A DNA stretch of 45,809 nucleotides from a virus (Duplodnaviria > Caudoviricetes), in the IMG/VR virus record IMGVR_UViG_3300027740_000038, positions 1 to 45,809 of that record; one strand, 5' to 3'. A model generated the notes under the pieces. That model made no database searches. It had not been told where the DNA came from and was given only the letters and a program-made list of their open reading frames with translations. Position numbers and translations under genes: made by a program. The first letter of the stretch is position 1; each line of letters opens with the position of its first letter. Positions 28,205 through 35,718 of the stretch are shown here, piece after piece.

Positions 28205-28219
28205 GTCAACTCCTTGTTA
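28168..28219 (+). repeat. attC-like site
   Basis: TAAC-CTGTC-GTTCGACT...TGTCAAC-TCCTT-GTTA. Confidence 0.8.
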
Positions 28220-28223
28220 TATC

Positions 28224-28886
28224 TCAAAACAATACTTCCTGCGCCATGCGCTTTGCGGCTATTTCGCAGTAGCGTTCTTCGCGCTCGATCAAAATGCACT
28301 TCCGACCCAAGTCCTTCGCGGCCCGGCCCGTGGTCCCGCTCCCGGCGAATGGGTCAATGATTGTACCGCCTTCTCTGCTTCCAAGATTAACACACCACTT
28401 AATCCACTCCAATGGTTTTGGACAAGGATGCCCGTTTTGTTCTGGTTTACTTCCACTTTTTATAACTGTTGGATATGGCGCACCTTTGTGGATTTCTGGT
28501 CCGTTACCGTAAAGCAAAACGGGCAAAAAAGTCTTAAATCCCCATCCGTGCCTTCCGGCACCCGCTGGGCAATAAACCCCACCTATACAATTCGGCTTTC
28601 TTTGTTCGTGAATGTGTGGTCCAGTCCAAACTATGCCCCTGTCGCATATTTCAATTGCCCTGTTTAATCGTGGAACTATTTCATCAACGAAGTTTTCATA
28701 TGTATCATCGTATGACTCATAAGCATCAAATACCATACCATGCGAACCACCTGTCCCTTTTGTTTTTCCAAGATTTATCCCATACGGCGGATCGGTAAGA
28801 AGCAAATCAAACTTCCCTATATTTGGCATAATATCCAAGCAGTCACCATGATAAATCGTTATTTTGTCGTCCTGATAATAGATCAT
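28224..28886 (-). CDS. DNA methyltransferase (N6-adenine/N4-cytosine, beta class)
   Basis: IYHGDC, LTDPPYG, HPCPKP, DPFAGSGTT; likely start MIYYQD at 28886. Confidence 0.92.
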   Translation of the reverse strand: MIYYQDDKITIYHGDCLDIMPNIGKFDLLLTDPPYGINLGKTKGTGGSHGMVFDAYESYDDTYENFVDEIVPRLNRAIEICDRGIVWTGPHIHEQRKPNCIGGVYCPAGAGRHGWGFKTFLPVLLYGNGPEIHKGAPYPTVIKSGSKPEQNGHPCPKPLEWIKWCVNLGSREGGTIIDPFAGSGTTGRAAKDLGRKCILIEREERYCEIAAKRMAQEVLF

Positions 28887-28898
28887 AGAATCCTGATA

Positions 28899-28951
28899 TA
28901 ACCAAGCGCTCGTGAGGGACGCTGGGGAACGCACCCCACAACTCATCATTG
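28899..28951 (+). repeat. attC-like site (right core ATT)
   Basis: TAAC-CAAGC-GCTCGTGA...CCACAAC-TCATC-ATTG; similar in reverse complement to 38007-38055. Confidence 0.65.
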
Positions 28952-28983
28952 GTCACCTTAATCCTTCCCGCGCCCTGGAAAAC

Positions 28984-29034
28984 TAACCAGAGCACTCGAC
29001 ACCATCGGGCTGCGCCCGTGGGTCAGTGTCGTTA
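28984..29034 (+). repeat. attC-like site (shortened spacer)
   Basis: TAAC-CAGAG-CACTCGAC...GTCAGTG-TC-GTTA. Confidence 0.6.
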
Positions 29035-29238
29035 TAAATTTTCTATCAACGTGAGTAGTCCGCATGAACAGGGGTTCCCGTGGAGAAACATACAATCACG
29101 CTTATGCTGTGCGTACCCTTTGAGGCTTTCAATTATATTTGCGGCCCATGATAGCTTTTCCGATAAATCCCGTGCTGGTCCTTCTTCAGCCGCCAGATAT
29201 ACGGCAGATGCTGCTTTTCTCAATTCATGTATTTTCAT
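29032..29238 (-). CDS. Hypothetical protein with H..DC...CSCG motif (cassette gene)
   Basis: RBS GGAGG; stop codon lies in a TAAC core. Confidence 0.65.
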   Translation of the reverse strand: MKIHELRKAASAVYLAAEEGPARDLSEKLSWAANIIESLKGYAQHKRDCMFLHGNPCSCGLLTLIENL

Positions 29239-29257
29239 GGTATCCTCCGAAAATTTA

Positions 29258-29282
29258 TAACCATTAAATCAGCGCCACGTTA
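29258..29282 (+). repeat. Internally deleted attC-like remnant
   Basis: TAAC...GTTA only 25 bp apart; left flank is complementary to the preceding cassette start. Confidence 0.45.
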
Positions 29283-29480
29283 ATCTTTTTTGATTGGGCA
29301 TCCGCGTATATCACGAGTGCCACACAACCATTCCCTATCTCGGCTATCGCCATAACTCCGATAGCCACGACCCTGCACGTACGACCCAGGGTTTTGTCTC
29401 GGCCAATAACATGAGCGAGTTAAACAATCTTTATCCCTGGCATCCACTAATTTTTTTAATTGCTTATCTTTGATTTTCAT
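29280..29480 (-). CDS. Hypothetical protein
   Basis: ORF whose stop lies in a TAAC core. Confidence 0.55.
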   Translation of the reverse strand: MKIKDKQLKKLVDARDKDCLTRSCYWPRQNPGSYVQGRGYRSYGDSRDREWLCGTRDIRGCPIKKD

Positions 29481-30012
29481 AATCCTGCTGCCGCATTTTC
29501 AGAACGCCCCGGAAACCGGCATTCGGATATTTACGGTCAAGTTCTTCAAGTCCTTCCTGTTCAATACGGTGTTTCTCTTTCCATTGTTCCAATGACATTC
29601 TTATATCGCTATATTCAAGCATCCGGGAAATATGCGCACAGGAATCTTTCGCAATATTAGATTGCGGTTCCGGCAACTGCTTGAGATATTCCGGCATCGG
29701 CTCAGCCTGTTTAAGTTCATCAAAGAATTTCCATACCTCCTTTAAAAATGGTGATGTGAAGTCATTCAGTTTTTGGAATTTCCAATGCGGTACAGTCGAT
29801 AATCTTGCTATCCAGTTTTTTCGCCATTGTGCTTGTTCCATCGGATCCGTCGGTATATTCGGGTCCGTGCTGAACGTCAGGAGCCATCGGAGAGTGCTTT
29901 CCGCGTATTCCAAGCTCACGGCAGGCTTGCTCATGGGCCTCTCGTGCAATTCTTGATTTTCTTTCTCCTGCTGATTCTCTTTGTCGTTCGATGCCGCCTG
30001 TTTGTAGTCCAT
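29464..30012 (-). CDS. Replication-module protein downstream of the initiator (possible helicase loader/inhibitor)
   Basis: Position after the O-like gene; RBS GAGG; start uncertain because of the long overlap. Confidence 0.5.
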   Translation of the reverse strand: MDYKQAASNDKENQQEKENQELHERPMSKPAVSLEYAESTLRWLLTFSTDPNIPTDPMEQAQWRKNWIARLSTVPHWKFQKLNDFTSPFLKEVWKFFDELKQAEPMPEYLKQLPEPQSNIAKDSCAHISRMLEYSDIRMSLEQWKEKHRIEQEGLEELDRKYPNAGFRGVLKMRQQDYENQR

Positions 30013-30718
30013 CTTTTACCTCCGGTTCAATCCAATCTCGCCATAGTCCATTCGGATATTCTCGACTTTTAAAAAATCGTGTGGGGTCTAATGCAAACCC
30101 GTTTTGTGCTCTTGATGATTTGAAATAATTTTTTGCCGCTATGATTACTTGCCTTTGCTCAGGGTCTTCGAGTTTTATGAACTGCCGCAAGGTATCGTCT
30201 TTGCCGATTTTCTTACCATTGCGCTTTGGGTATGCTTCCCAAAATTCCGAAAAAAGTGTGTCTATAGTGTCTTTTGAAGTGTCTTTTGTAATAGTGTCTA
30301 TTGTATGTTTCTTTTTAGTAACCCCCTGATTTACTTTTAAGTAACCACTTTCAGTTACTTTTTCGTAACCGGGGTTACTTTTTCGAGTAGTATCTTTTTT
30401 GTAACCACGTATCCATACATCAAAGTTCTTGTTAAATTTATATTTATTGGCAAAACTGGTTACTTCTTTGTACCTAACCAGTAACTTTTTAGTAACCAGC
30501 CACTTAATAGCCCTTACAACGCTTGACCGGGAAAGTCCTGTTAAAATTGAGAATTGTGTTAAACTAATCTCGTCTTCTGTTTTTTGCCAACCGTATGTCT
30601 TTCGTATTACAGCGTCAAGGATTTGTCTCGCCTCTCCTGGTATCCTATATCGTGCGAACGCATCCAATATTTCGTTCGCGATAGGAACGTAACCGTCTTC
30701 TTTTTGCGGATTTGCCAC
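29762..30718 (-). CDS. Phage replication initiator, lambda O-like
   Basis: MANPQKEDGYVPIANEIL...VIRKTYGWQK..D.IS N-terminal O domain; FSEFWEAYPKR C-terminal domain; internal iterons. Confidence 0.88.
   Translation of the reverse strand: MANPQKEDGYVPIANEILDAFARYRIPGEARQILDAVIRKTYGWQKTEDEISLTQFSILTGLSRSSVVRAIKWLVTKKLLVRYKEVTSFANKYKFNKNFDVWIRGYKKDTTRKSNPGYEKVTESGYLKVNQGVTKKKHTIDTITKDTSKDTIDTLFSEFWEAYPKRNGKKIGKDDTLRQFIKLEDPEQRQVIIAAKNYFKSSRAQNGFALDPTRFFKSREYPNGLWRDWIEPEVKDGLQTGGIERQRESAGERKSRIAREAHEQACRELGIRGKHSPMAPDVQHGPEYTDGSDGTSTMAKKLDSKIIDCTALEIPKTE
30307..30497. repeat. Iteron-like repeats, probable replication origin within the initiator gene
   Basis: About six copies of quasi-palindromic GTTACTTTTTnGTAACC (e.g. 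30307, 30329, 30354, 30390, 30481). Confidence 0.75.
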
Positions 30719-30736
30719 TTACTAACCTCAAAAAAA

Positions 30737-30822
30737 TAGCCAGACCGTCCGCTGTTTATAAGCACGGTGCAAGCGCACGTATAAACACACGACAGGGCGT
30801 CGTGCTGCGGAAAGCCTGGCTA
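30737..30822 (-). ncRNA. Cloverleaf leader RNA resembling phage c4/CI-type antisense RNAs
   Basis: Outer stem TAGCCAG/CTGGCTA, two inner hairpins (TGTTTATA/TATAAACA and CACGAC/GTCGTG), U tract; loop CTTGCAC is complementary to upstream GTGCAAG (30848-30854). Confidence 0.5.
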
Positions 30823-30866
30823 AAACTTTGAAATGGAATTCGACCGCCTTGCACTCAGTCATAGAT

Positions 30867-31112
30867 TTACCTCTCTTTCACCTTACCACAAACGCAGGGG
30901 ACTGTCAAGCAGGGATTAAGCGCCTTCTCGCAAATTTCCATTACGTGCTTTCCGTCGAGTGCATTCTGGTTTGTTATTACTCCTCGTTCCTTGTCGAATG
31001 ATGCCCACGTGTATATGACCTTCAACGCGATTCGGAGTTTTTCAATTTCCCGGTGTGCTGCCTTTTCTCCATGCCTTGCGCCAGCATCAAATGATGTTTT
31101 ACACATAATCAC
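30867..31112 (-). CDS. Hypothetical protein
   Basis: Coupled ORF in the operon. Confidence 0.55.
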   Translation of the reverse strand: MIMCKTSFDAGARHGEKAAHREIEKLRIALKVIYTWASFDKERGVITNQNALDGKHVMEICEKALNPCLTVPCVCGKVKER

Positions 31113-31351
31113 CCCACCTCAAAAAATTCTTTAACCCGCTGCTCAATCAAATCATAGTTTTTCTGCACGATAATCCATTGCCTATTCTTATCGAGACCTG
31201 TTGCCGAAATCTCCCAATCCCGCAAAGTATCGCCATCGATAACAGCATGGCCCTCTATCTCGACATCGGGTATTTGCCTGTCGCCGTCGTACATTGTACA
31301 TGTTGTCGAGAAGCCGCAATTACAACGGCGAGATGTGTTTGCTGATTTCAT
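31109..31351 (-). CDS. Hypothetical protein
   Basis: ATGA coupling. Confidence 0.55.
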   Translation of the reverse strand: MKSANTSRRCNCGFSTTCTMYDGDRQIPDVEIEGHAVIDGDTLRDWEISATGLDKNRQWIIVQKNYDLIEQRVKEFFEVG

Positions 31352-31977
31352 TTTATCTCCCCGTCTTTAAATAACCTTTGTTGACGTTTGTGCTCTTCTA
31401 ATCTCTCTGATGCTGCGTTGAAATAGTCAACATCGATTTCATATCCCACAAAGTCAAAACCTAAATTATAAGCTGCGATTGCAGAACTTCCGCTGCCGAG
31501 GTGTGTGTCGAGTATCTTATCGCCTTCCTTTGCGTAGTTCTTTAAAAGCCATTCATAGAGTTTCACGGGTTTTTGAGTAGGGTGAATCTTTGCTTCAAGG
31601 TTCGCCTGTGCCCTGGAATACGTCAGAATCCGAAGGGTTTTATCGAAACTTCCCCACGCCACTTCTCCGTCTGCAAGGCTAAAGTTCCTTTGTCCCTTGT
31701 CCCAAACAATCAGGCACTTTGTCGGCGGTAGTTCAAAGTAGTTCCCGCCCCAAATCAACTGGTTTTTACTCACCCTGAACAGTTCGTCAAAATACGCCCG
31801 ACTCGGCGGGTTATTGTCCCATGCCTTCTTTGTCCATTGTGTCCAACCGTGTTTCTCCTGGCCTGCATGGTTCTCCGCCCCGATGCCATACGGCGGGTCT
31901 ACGATTGCCAAAGAAAATTCATTATCTTTCATGCGCCCCATAGCCGTCATGCAGTCCTCGTTGAAAAGTTCAATCAT
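31348..31977 (-). CDS. Second DNA methyltransferase (beta class)
   Basis: NEDCM, IVDPPYG, HPTQKP, DTHLGSGSS. Confidence 0.92.
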   Translation of the reverse strand: MIELFNEDCMTAMGRMKDNEFSLAIVDPPYGIGAENHAGQEKHGWTQWTKKAWDNNPPSRAYFDELFRVSKNQLIWGGNYFELPPTKCLIVWDKGQRNFSLADGEVAWGSFDKTLRILTYSRAQANLEAKIHPTQKPVKLYEWLLKNYAKEGDKILDTHLGSGSSAIAAYNLGFDFVGYEIDVDYFNAASERLEEHKRQQRLFKDGEIK

Positions 31978-32243
31978 TTTATCGCCCCGATAAAATACAA
32001 CGCATCATCAACGGAACGGATAACAAAACTTTGCCCGTGCCATTTATTTTTCCATTCAATCTGTCCTTGTCGGAGTTCTTTCCCGTCCATTTTAATCTCG
32101 AATAGGTAGTTTCTCTGCATATAGCCCACCAATAAATCAGGGCCATCTTTTATATCGAGGAATTCCACGGTAGCCCCCACCTTCCTTAGTGCGGCTACAA
32201 TGGCTTTTTCATTTGCGTCTCGCCGGCATTTACGGTGCATCAT
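31974..32243 (-). CDS. VRR-NUC-like / resolvase-type small nuclease
   Basis: RRDANE..IV.ALR..GATV, PDLLVG, LFEIK, Q..W. Confidence 0.75.
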   Translation of the reverse strand: MMHRKCRRDANEKAIVAALRKVGATVEFLDIKDGPDLLVGYMQRNYLFEIKMDGKELRQGQIEWKNKWHGQSFVIRSVDDALYFIGAIK

Positions 32244-32503
32244 ATTACCTCAATATCCTTTTTATTTGCTTGGAGCATTTGTGATACTTCCTGACGTAAT
32301 TGTCCCACAATATCACGTAGACAATACAAGCACAAATCGGGCGGTCCACCGAATCCGGTAGTATGGTTTACAAAACCAGTTCCTAACCTGATTTGAATTT
32401 TTGCTTTACTGTCGCAAAGCACAGTTCGGTCGTATTCGATAATGATTTTATTAGGAGCATCAGCGGGCTTTTCACACAAGTCACAGAATCTTTTTTGCAT
32501 CAC
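32240..32503 (-). CDS. Zn-ribbon hypothetical protein
   Basis: FCDLC...DLCLYC. Confidence 0.65.
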   Translation of the reverse strand: MMQKRFCDLCEKPADAPNKIIIEYDRTVLCDSKAKIQIRLGTGFVNHTTGFGGPPDLCLYCLRDIVGQLRQEVSQMLQANKKDIEVI

Positions 32504-32710
32504 AATCCTCCTCTCCCGTTCCTACCTCTTTCTCACTATAACTGTGTCATTAATCAGGCCGCTCAAACGCCCAAACGCCAGGTTCATCCTTATTATCAAT
32601 GAACGGTTCATTCCAGTTCTTCATTTTAGGCTTTTTCTTCCTATCTTTATGCACATGCCAGCCTGTCGGCAGGATTTTAGCCGCCAATTTAATTCTGATA
32701 GACTTTAACA

Positions 32711-32992
32711 TTATTCCTCCCATTCAATAGTAACTTTCGCAGAATTAGGTATATGAGGCAATCCAGGATATATTGATAATCCTTTTAGATTGCCGAGCAT
32801 GTATGTTTCCACCTTCTTTTCTTTCGCTATGTACCATGCATCGGATAATACTGCATCAGATGGACATAATGTTTGCAACCAATTCAGAAAATAAAGTAAA
32901 TCTCCATTAACGTTTGTCATTGCAATATATGGTGTATCATGAATTACCGTTGTCCCTTCTATTGCTAATTTCCGCGCATCGATGACATTCAT
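32711..32992 (-). CDS. Hypothetical protein
   Basis: RBS GGAGG. Confidence 0.55.
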   Translation of the reverse strand: MNVIDARKLAIEGTTVIHDTPYIAMTNVNGDLLYFLNWLQTLCPSDAVLSDAWYIAKEKKVETYMLGNLKGLSIYPGLPHIPNSAKVTIEWEE

Positions 32993-32993
32993 A

Positions 32994-33221
32994 TTATTCC
33001 TCCGGTCGGTTTCGTGGTTTTAATTCAAAGTCAAAAAAATCTGTTATTCTGCCATCAAAACAACGGCAGCGATACATATTGTCTATAAAACTTTCCGTAC
33101 TTTCAATCCTTATTTTTGCCAATATGGTAATTGGCCCTAACATAGAGACATGATTTACTGTTTCACCAATTTTAAAATTTTTCATTTTAGAAAGCATTGT
33201 TATGAGTTTTGCTTTGTCCAT
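32994..33221 (-). CDS. Hypothetical protein (FKIGETV motif)
   Basis: RBS AAGGAGG before MDKAKL. Confidence 0.55.
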   Translation of the reverse strand: MDKAKLITMLSKMKNFKIGETVNHVSMLGPITILAKIRIESTESFIDNMYRCRCFDGRITDFFDFELKPRNRPEE

Positions 33222-33269
33222 CTTACGGCCTCCTTTCAATTCACCCTCATCATATTATTCTCCTAAATT

Positions 33270-33342
33270 TAGCGGGTTGCGAAATTGAATCGCATTTTTT
33301 CGGCTTATGGGGCCGACTGAGATAACCAACCTCCCACCCGCA
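33270..33342 (-). tRNA. tRNA-Met(CAT)-like, initiator-like but atypical
   Basis: Acceptor GCGGGT/ACCCGC with 1:72 mismatch, D stem GAG/CTC, anticodon stem TCGGC/GCCGA with loop CCCATAA, T stem TGCGA/TCGCA with loop TTCAATT; no encoded CCA. Confidence 0.7.
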
Positions 33343-33362
33343 AAGATTTATTTACCTTTTTT

Positions 33363-33404
33363 CAACTTGGGATTTGAAGGGACAAGCCCCTCAATCCCGC
33401 GTTA
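33363..33404 (+). repeat. attC-like site, near-identical to 25615-25656
   Basis: CAAC-TTGGG-ATTTGAAG-GGACAAGCC-CCTCAAT-CCCGC-GTTA. Confidence 0.75.
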
Positions 33405-33647
33405 TGCTTTAATGCTCTTTTCATATGCCCGTCTGATATGCAACAGCCACCCAGCGAAAGTAAAACCTCCTGATGATTTTTTGTTTTTCCAGTAGTCATT
33501 GTATCCTGACTTTTCTTTTGCGTCGTCAAGTTCTTTCCATAATCCTTCATTGATTTCGTTAATCTCTTCAGGCGTCATTGCAAAAATATCTGGCATACTT
33601 TCCTTTCTGAATTGTAAGGCCGCGTCAGTCCTTAAACAACGTACCAT
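33402..33647 (-). CDS. Hypothetical protein
   Basis: Stop lies in a TAAC core; real start probably MPDIF. Confidence 0.5.
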   Translation of the reverse strand: MVRCLRTDAALQFRKESMPDIFAMTPEEINEINEGLWKELDDAKEKSGYNDYWKNKKSSGGFTFAGWLLHIRRAYEKSIKA

Positions 33648-33933
33648 CTCGCATCATTTCTTTTGTGCGCTGTTTGGCTTTCTCACGCAATGCAACCGTA
33701 ACCGCTTCATCGACGGCATTCGCAATGTGCCCCCTTGCAATCGTAGCAATGATTTCTGAAAGGTCAAGCGATTCAATGTGCTCTTTCACCTGTCTCATAA
33801 CTTCCTGCCAACCAGTACCACCGGAATCGTTGTGGTTGTATCCGGTTTCAGGTGCTCGAAACTCTCTTTGCCATGCCGTTGCTACGGCAGATTTAACGGA
33901 ATCGTCATCAAGCTTTACTGTAATTTCAATCAT
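33625..33933 (-). CDS. Hypothetical protein
   Basis: RBS AAGGA. Confidence 0.6.
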   Translation of the reverse strand: MIEITVKLDDDSVKSAVATAWQREFRAPETGYNHNDSGGTGWQEVMRQVKEHIESLDLSEIIATIARGHIANAVDEAVTVALREKAKQRTKEMMRDGTLFKD

Positions 33934-33945
33934 ACTTTCCTTTCC

Positions 33946-33974
33946 GAGGGGACACGCCCCTCAATCCCGCGTTA
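33946..33974 (+). repeat. Partial third copy of the 25615/33363 element
   Basis: GAGGGGACACGCCCCTCAATCCCGCGTTA. Confidence 0.7.
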
Positions 33975-34208
33975 CAAATCCACCCTTCCAAGCACTGCGA
34001 CTAATTCCTCAACCGCCTTATCCGCACGGGCGATATTGTTCATCCGCGCATCATCCGTTTCAGCGGTTTCGAGCAATCGCAGACTGATACGGATAATTGC
34101 CAACTGCGGCTTAACGTGGTGGGTATAATAACGGTGATAGGCTGGTAACATTACCGCCAATGCTTTGAGAAAATTTATGTCGGCAGCTTCTTCTTTGTAG
34201 GTTGTCAT
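33972..34208 (-). CDS. Hypothetical protein
   Basis: RBS AAGGAG; stop lies in a TAAC core. Confidence 0.55.
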   Translation of the reverse strand: MTTYKEEAADINFLKALAVMLPAYHRYYTHHVKPQLAIIRISLRLLETAETDDARMNNIARADKAVEELVAVLGRVDL

Positions 34209-34505
34209 TCAGTCTCCTTCGATTAACGGTTTCCCGCAATATACACAAAACTTAAAATTGTTTTCTTTTGGCGTTCCGTCGGTCAGGTGAACCTCTTCTC
34301 CACAGGATGTTCGCCACAAATTAGAATCATCATCATACGTCCAAACACAGGCATCATCTTTTTCTTTTAATAGATATTTAATATCATCAAATGCTTGGTT
34401 GGAGTAATAACTCCCATATGAATTACTTAAACTATCATGGGCGTTTACTAACCGAATAAGAATTTTCCCTATCTTTCGCAATATGGCATCATTGACTTTT
34501 GTCAT
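34209..34505 (-). CDS. Hypothetical protein with C-terminal zinc ribbon
   Basis: C.W...W.TSCG...FKFCVYCGK. Confidence 0.7.
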   Translation of the reverse strand: MTKVNDAILRKIGKILIRLVNAHDSLSNSYGSYYSNQAFDDIKYLLKEKDDACVWTYDDDSNLWRTSCGEEVHLTDGTPKENNFKFCVYCGKPLIEGD

Positions 34506-34513
34506 GGGGTCTC

Positions 34514-34723
34514 CTACTTAGAAACCTTTTTATTTAGTACGGGCATTATCTTTTTGAATAGCAGTCTATGACTTGGCCGAATATAATTCAGAGGTCTCTT
34601 GCCCGTGAGTCTTGCAACATCGATTGCCAGAAAGTGCATATCGGTGAAACGCTCACCTTTTATAAGGAAATGAATGAATCTTTCGGAAACTTGATTGTTT
34701 TTCGCAATAGTCTTAATATCCAT
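34514..34723 (-). CDS. Cro-like HTH regulator
   Basis: IKTIAKNNQVSERFIHFLIKGER HTH pattern; first gene after the divergent promoter. Confidence 0.65.
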   Translation of the reverse strand: MDIKTIAKNNQVSERFIHFLIKGERFTDMHFLAIDVARLTGKRPLNYIRPSHRLLFKKIMPVLNKKVSK

Positions 34724-34730
34724 GTTTTTA

Positions 34731-34810
34731 TTTGTAGCATATTTCTAAATCTTTGTCAAGAAAATAATTGAACTTTTGTTCTTGACAAATCTTTTGAACT
34801 GTGCTATCTT
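34731..34810. promoter_or_regulatory. Back-to-back sigma70 promoters
   Basis: Minus: TTGACA(34759-54)-17-TACAAA; plus: TTGACA(34782-87)-17-TATCTT; both -10 boxes are preceded by TGn. Confidence 0.75.
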
Positions 34811-35485
34811 CTCGTCATGAAAACCAAACTTTACAAACACGATGGGAAGTTGTTCGTCGTTCTTTGCAACTGTAATAGTAATTGGGATATAGATATGTCT
34901 ATATTCCACTATGATTTCATGGAATGTTTATTTGATGAGAAAATTTGTAAATGTAATTATTTCCCGTGGATTATCCTGCCGAGAGAGAAAAAGTAAATTA
35001 AAGATTGACCGTCCTCTCCATTTCAAAAATGCAGAGTAGGACGTTTGATAGATTCGCTTCCTGGACGGCGCACGATTCGGGCCAGTGTGAGAACACCGGC
35101 GATTTGAGAGAGTCGCACAAAGAAAGGAGAATAAAGGTTTGCCAAGGACGGAGGCTATTTAGGGTACTTCTGCAAAGGTTGCGCCCTCAACAGAGGGGAG
35201 TCGGGTGGGGAATCCGGCCAGCGGCAATAATGTGGCGGTGTGAGTTTCGTGGAAATAACAGTAAAGGTTCAATGATAAAGCCTATTTGCCCAAAAAGGTG
35301 CGGAGATGATTTCCTTTTACATGTTAGTTACCGAGCCGCCACAACTATTTGAGAGGAGAAATTATGAAAAAAGTTGCATATTTAGTCCATATTCCGTTTA
35401 TCATTTTAGGTGCAATATGGGCTACAATCGTTGTTGGATTCCGAGCTGGATTTAGAGGAACAGAAGAGTGGTGGACAAATACTCC

Positions 35486-35716
35486 ATGAGCAGGCATACT
35501 TTAGACGGAGTAATAACCTTTCGCGGGCATGACTTCAACATGCTTATAGAAATTGATTACGACGCGGGTAATCTGGACATTACGGAAATGCGGATATATG
35601 ACCTTTATCCAATGTATCATGTTATGCACCGCCGACCTTCTCCCCGTTTCATTCGTAATTTTCAGAGGGAAAAGTTTGATTGGTTGTATGCACAATGTAT
35701 TGATAGAAGGAGATAA
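35486..35716 (+). CDS. Hypothetical protein
   Basis: ORF in the rightward arm. Confidence 0.5.
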   Translation: MSRHTLDGVITFRGHDFNMLIEIDYDAGNLDITEMRIYDLYPMYHVMHRRPSPRFIRNFQREKFDWLYAQCIDRRR

Positions 35717-35718
35717 AT

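Noticed and set aside
32547-32584. Possible additional attC-like site
   Set aside because: TAAC is present but no convincing paired boxes or correctly spaced GTT core
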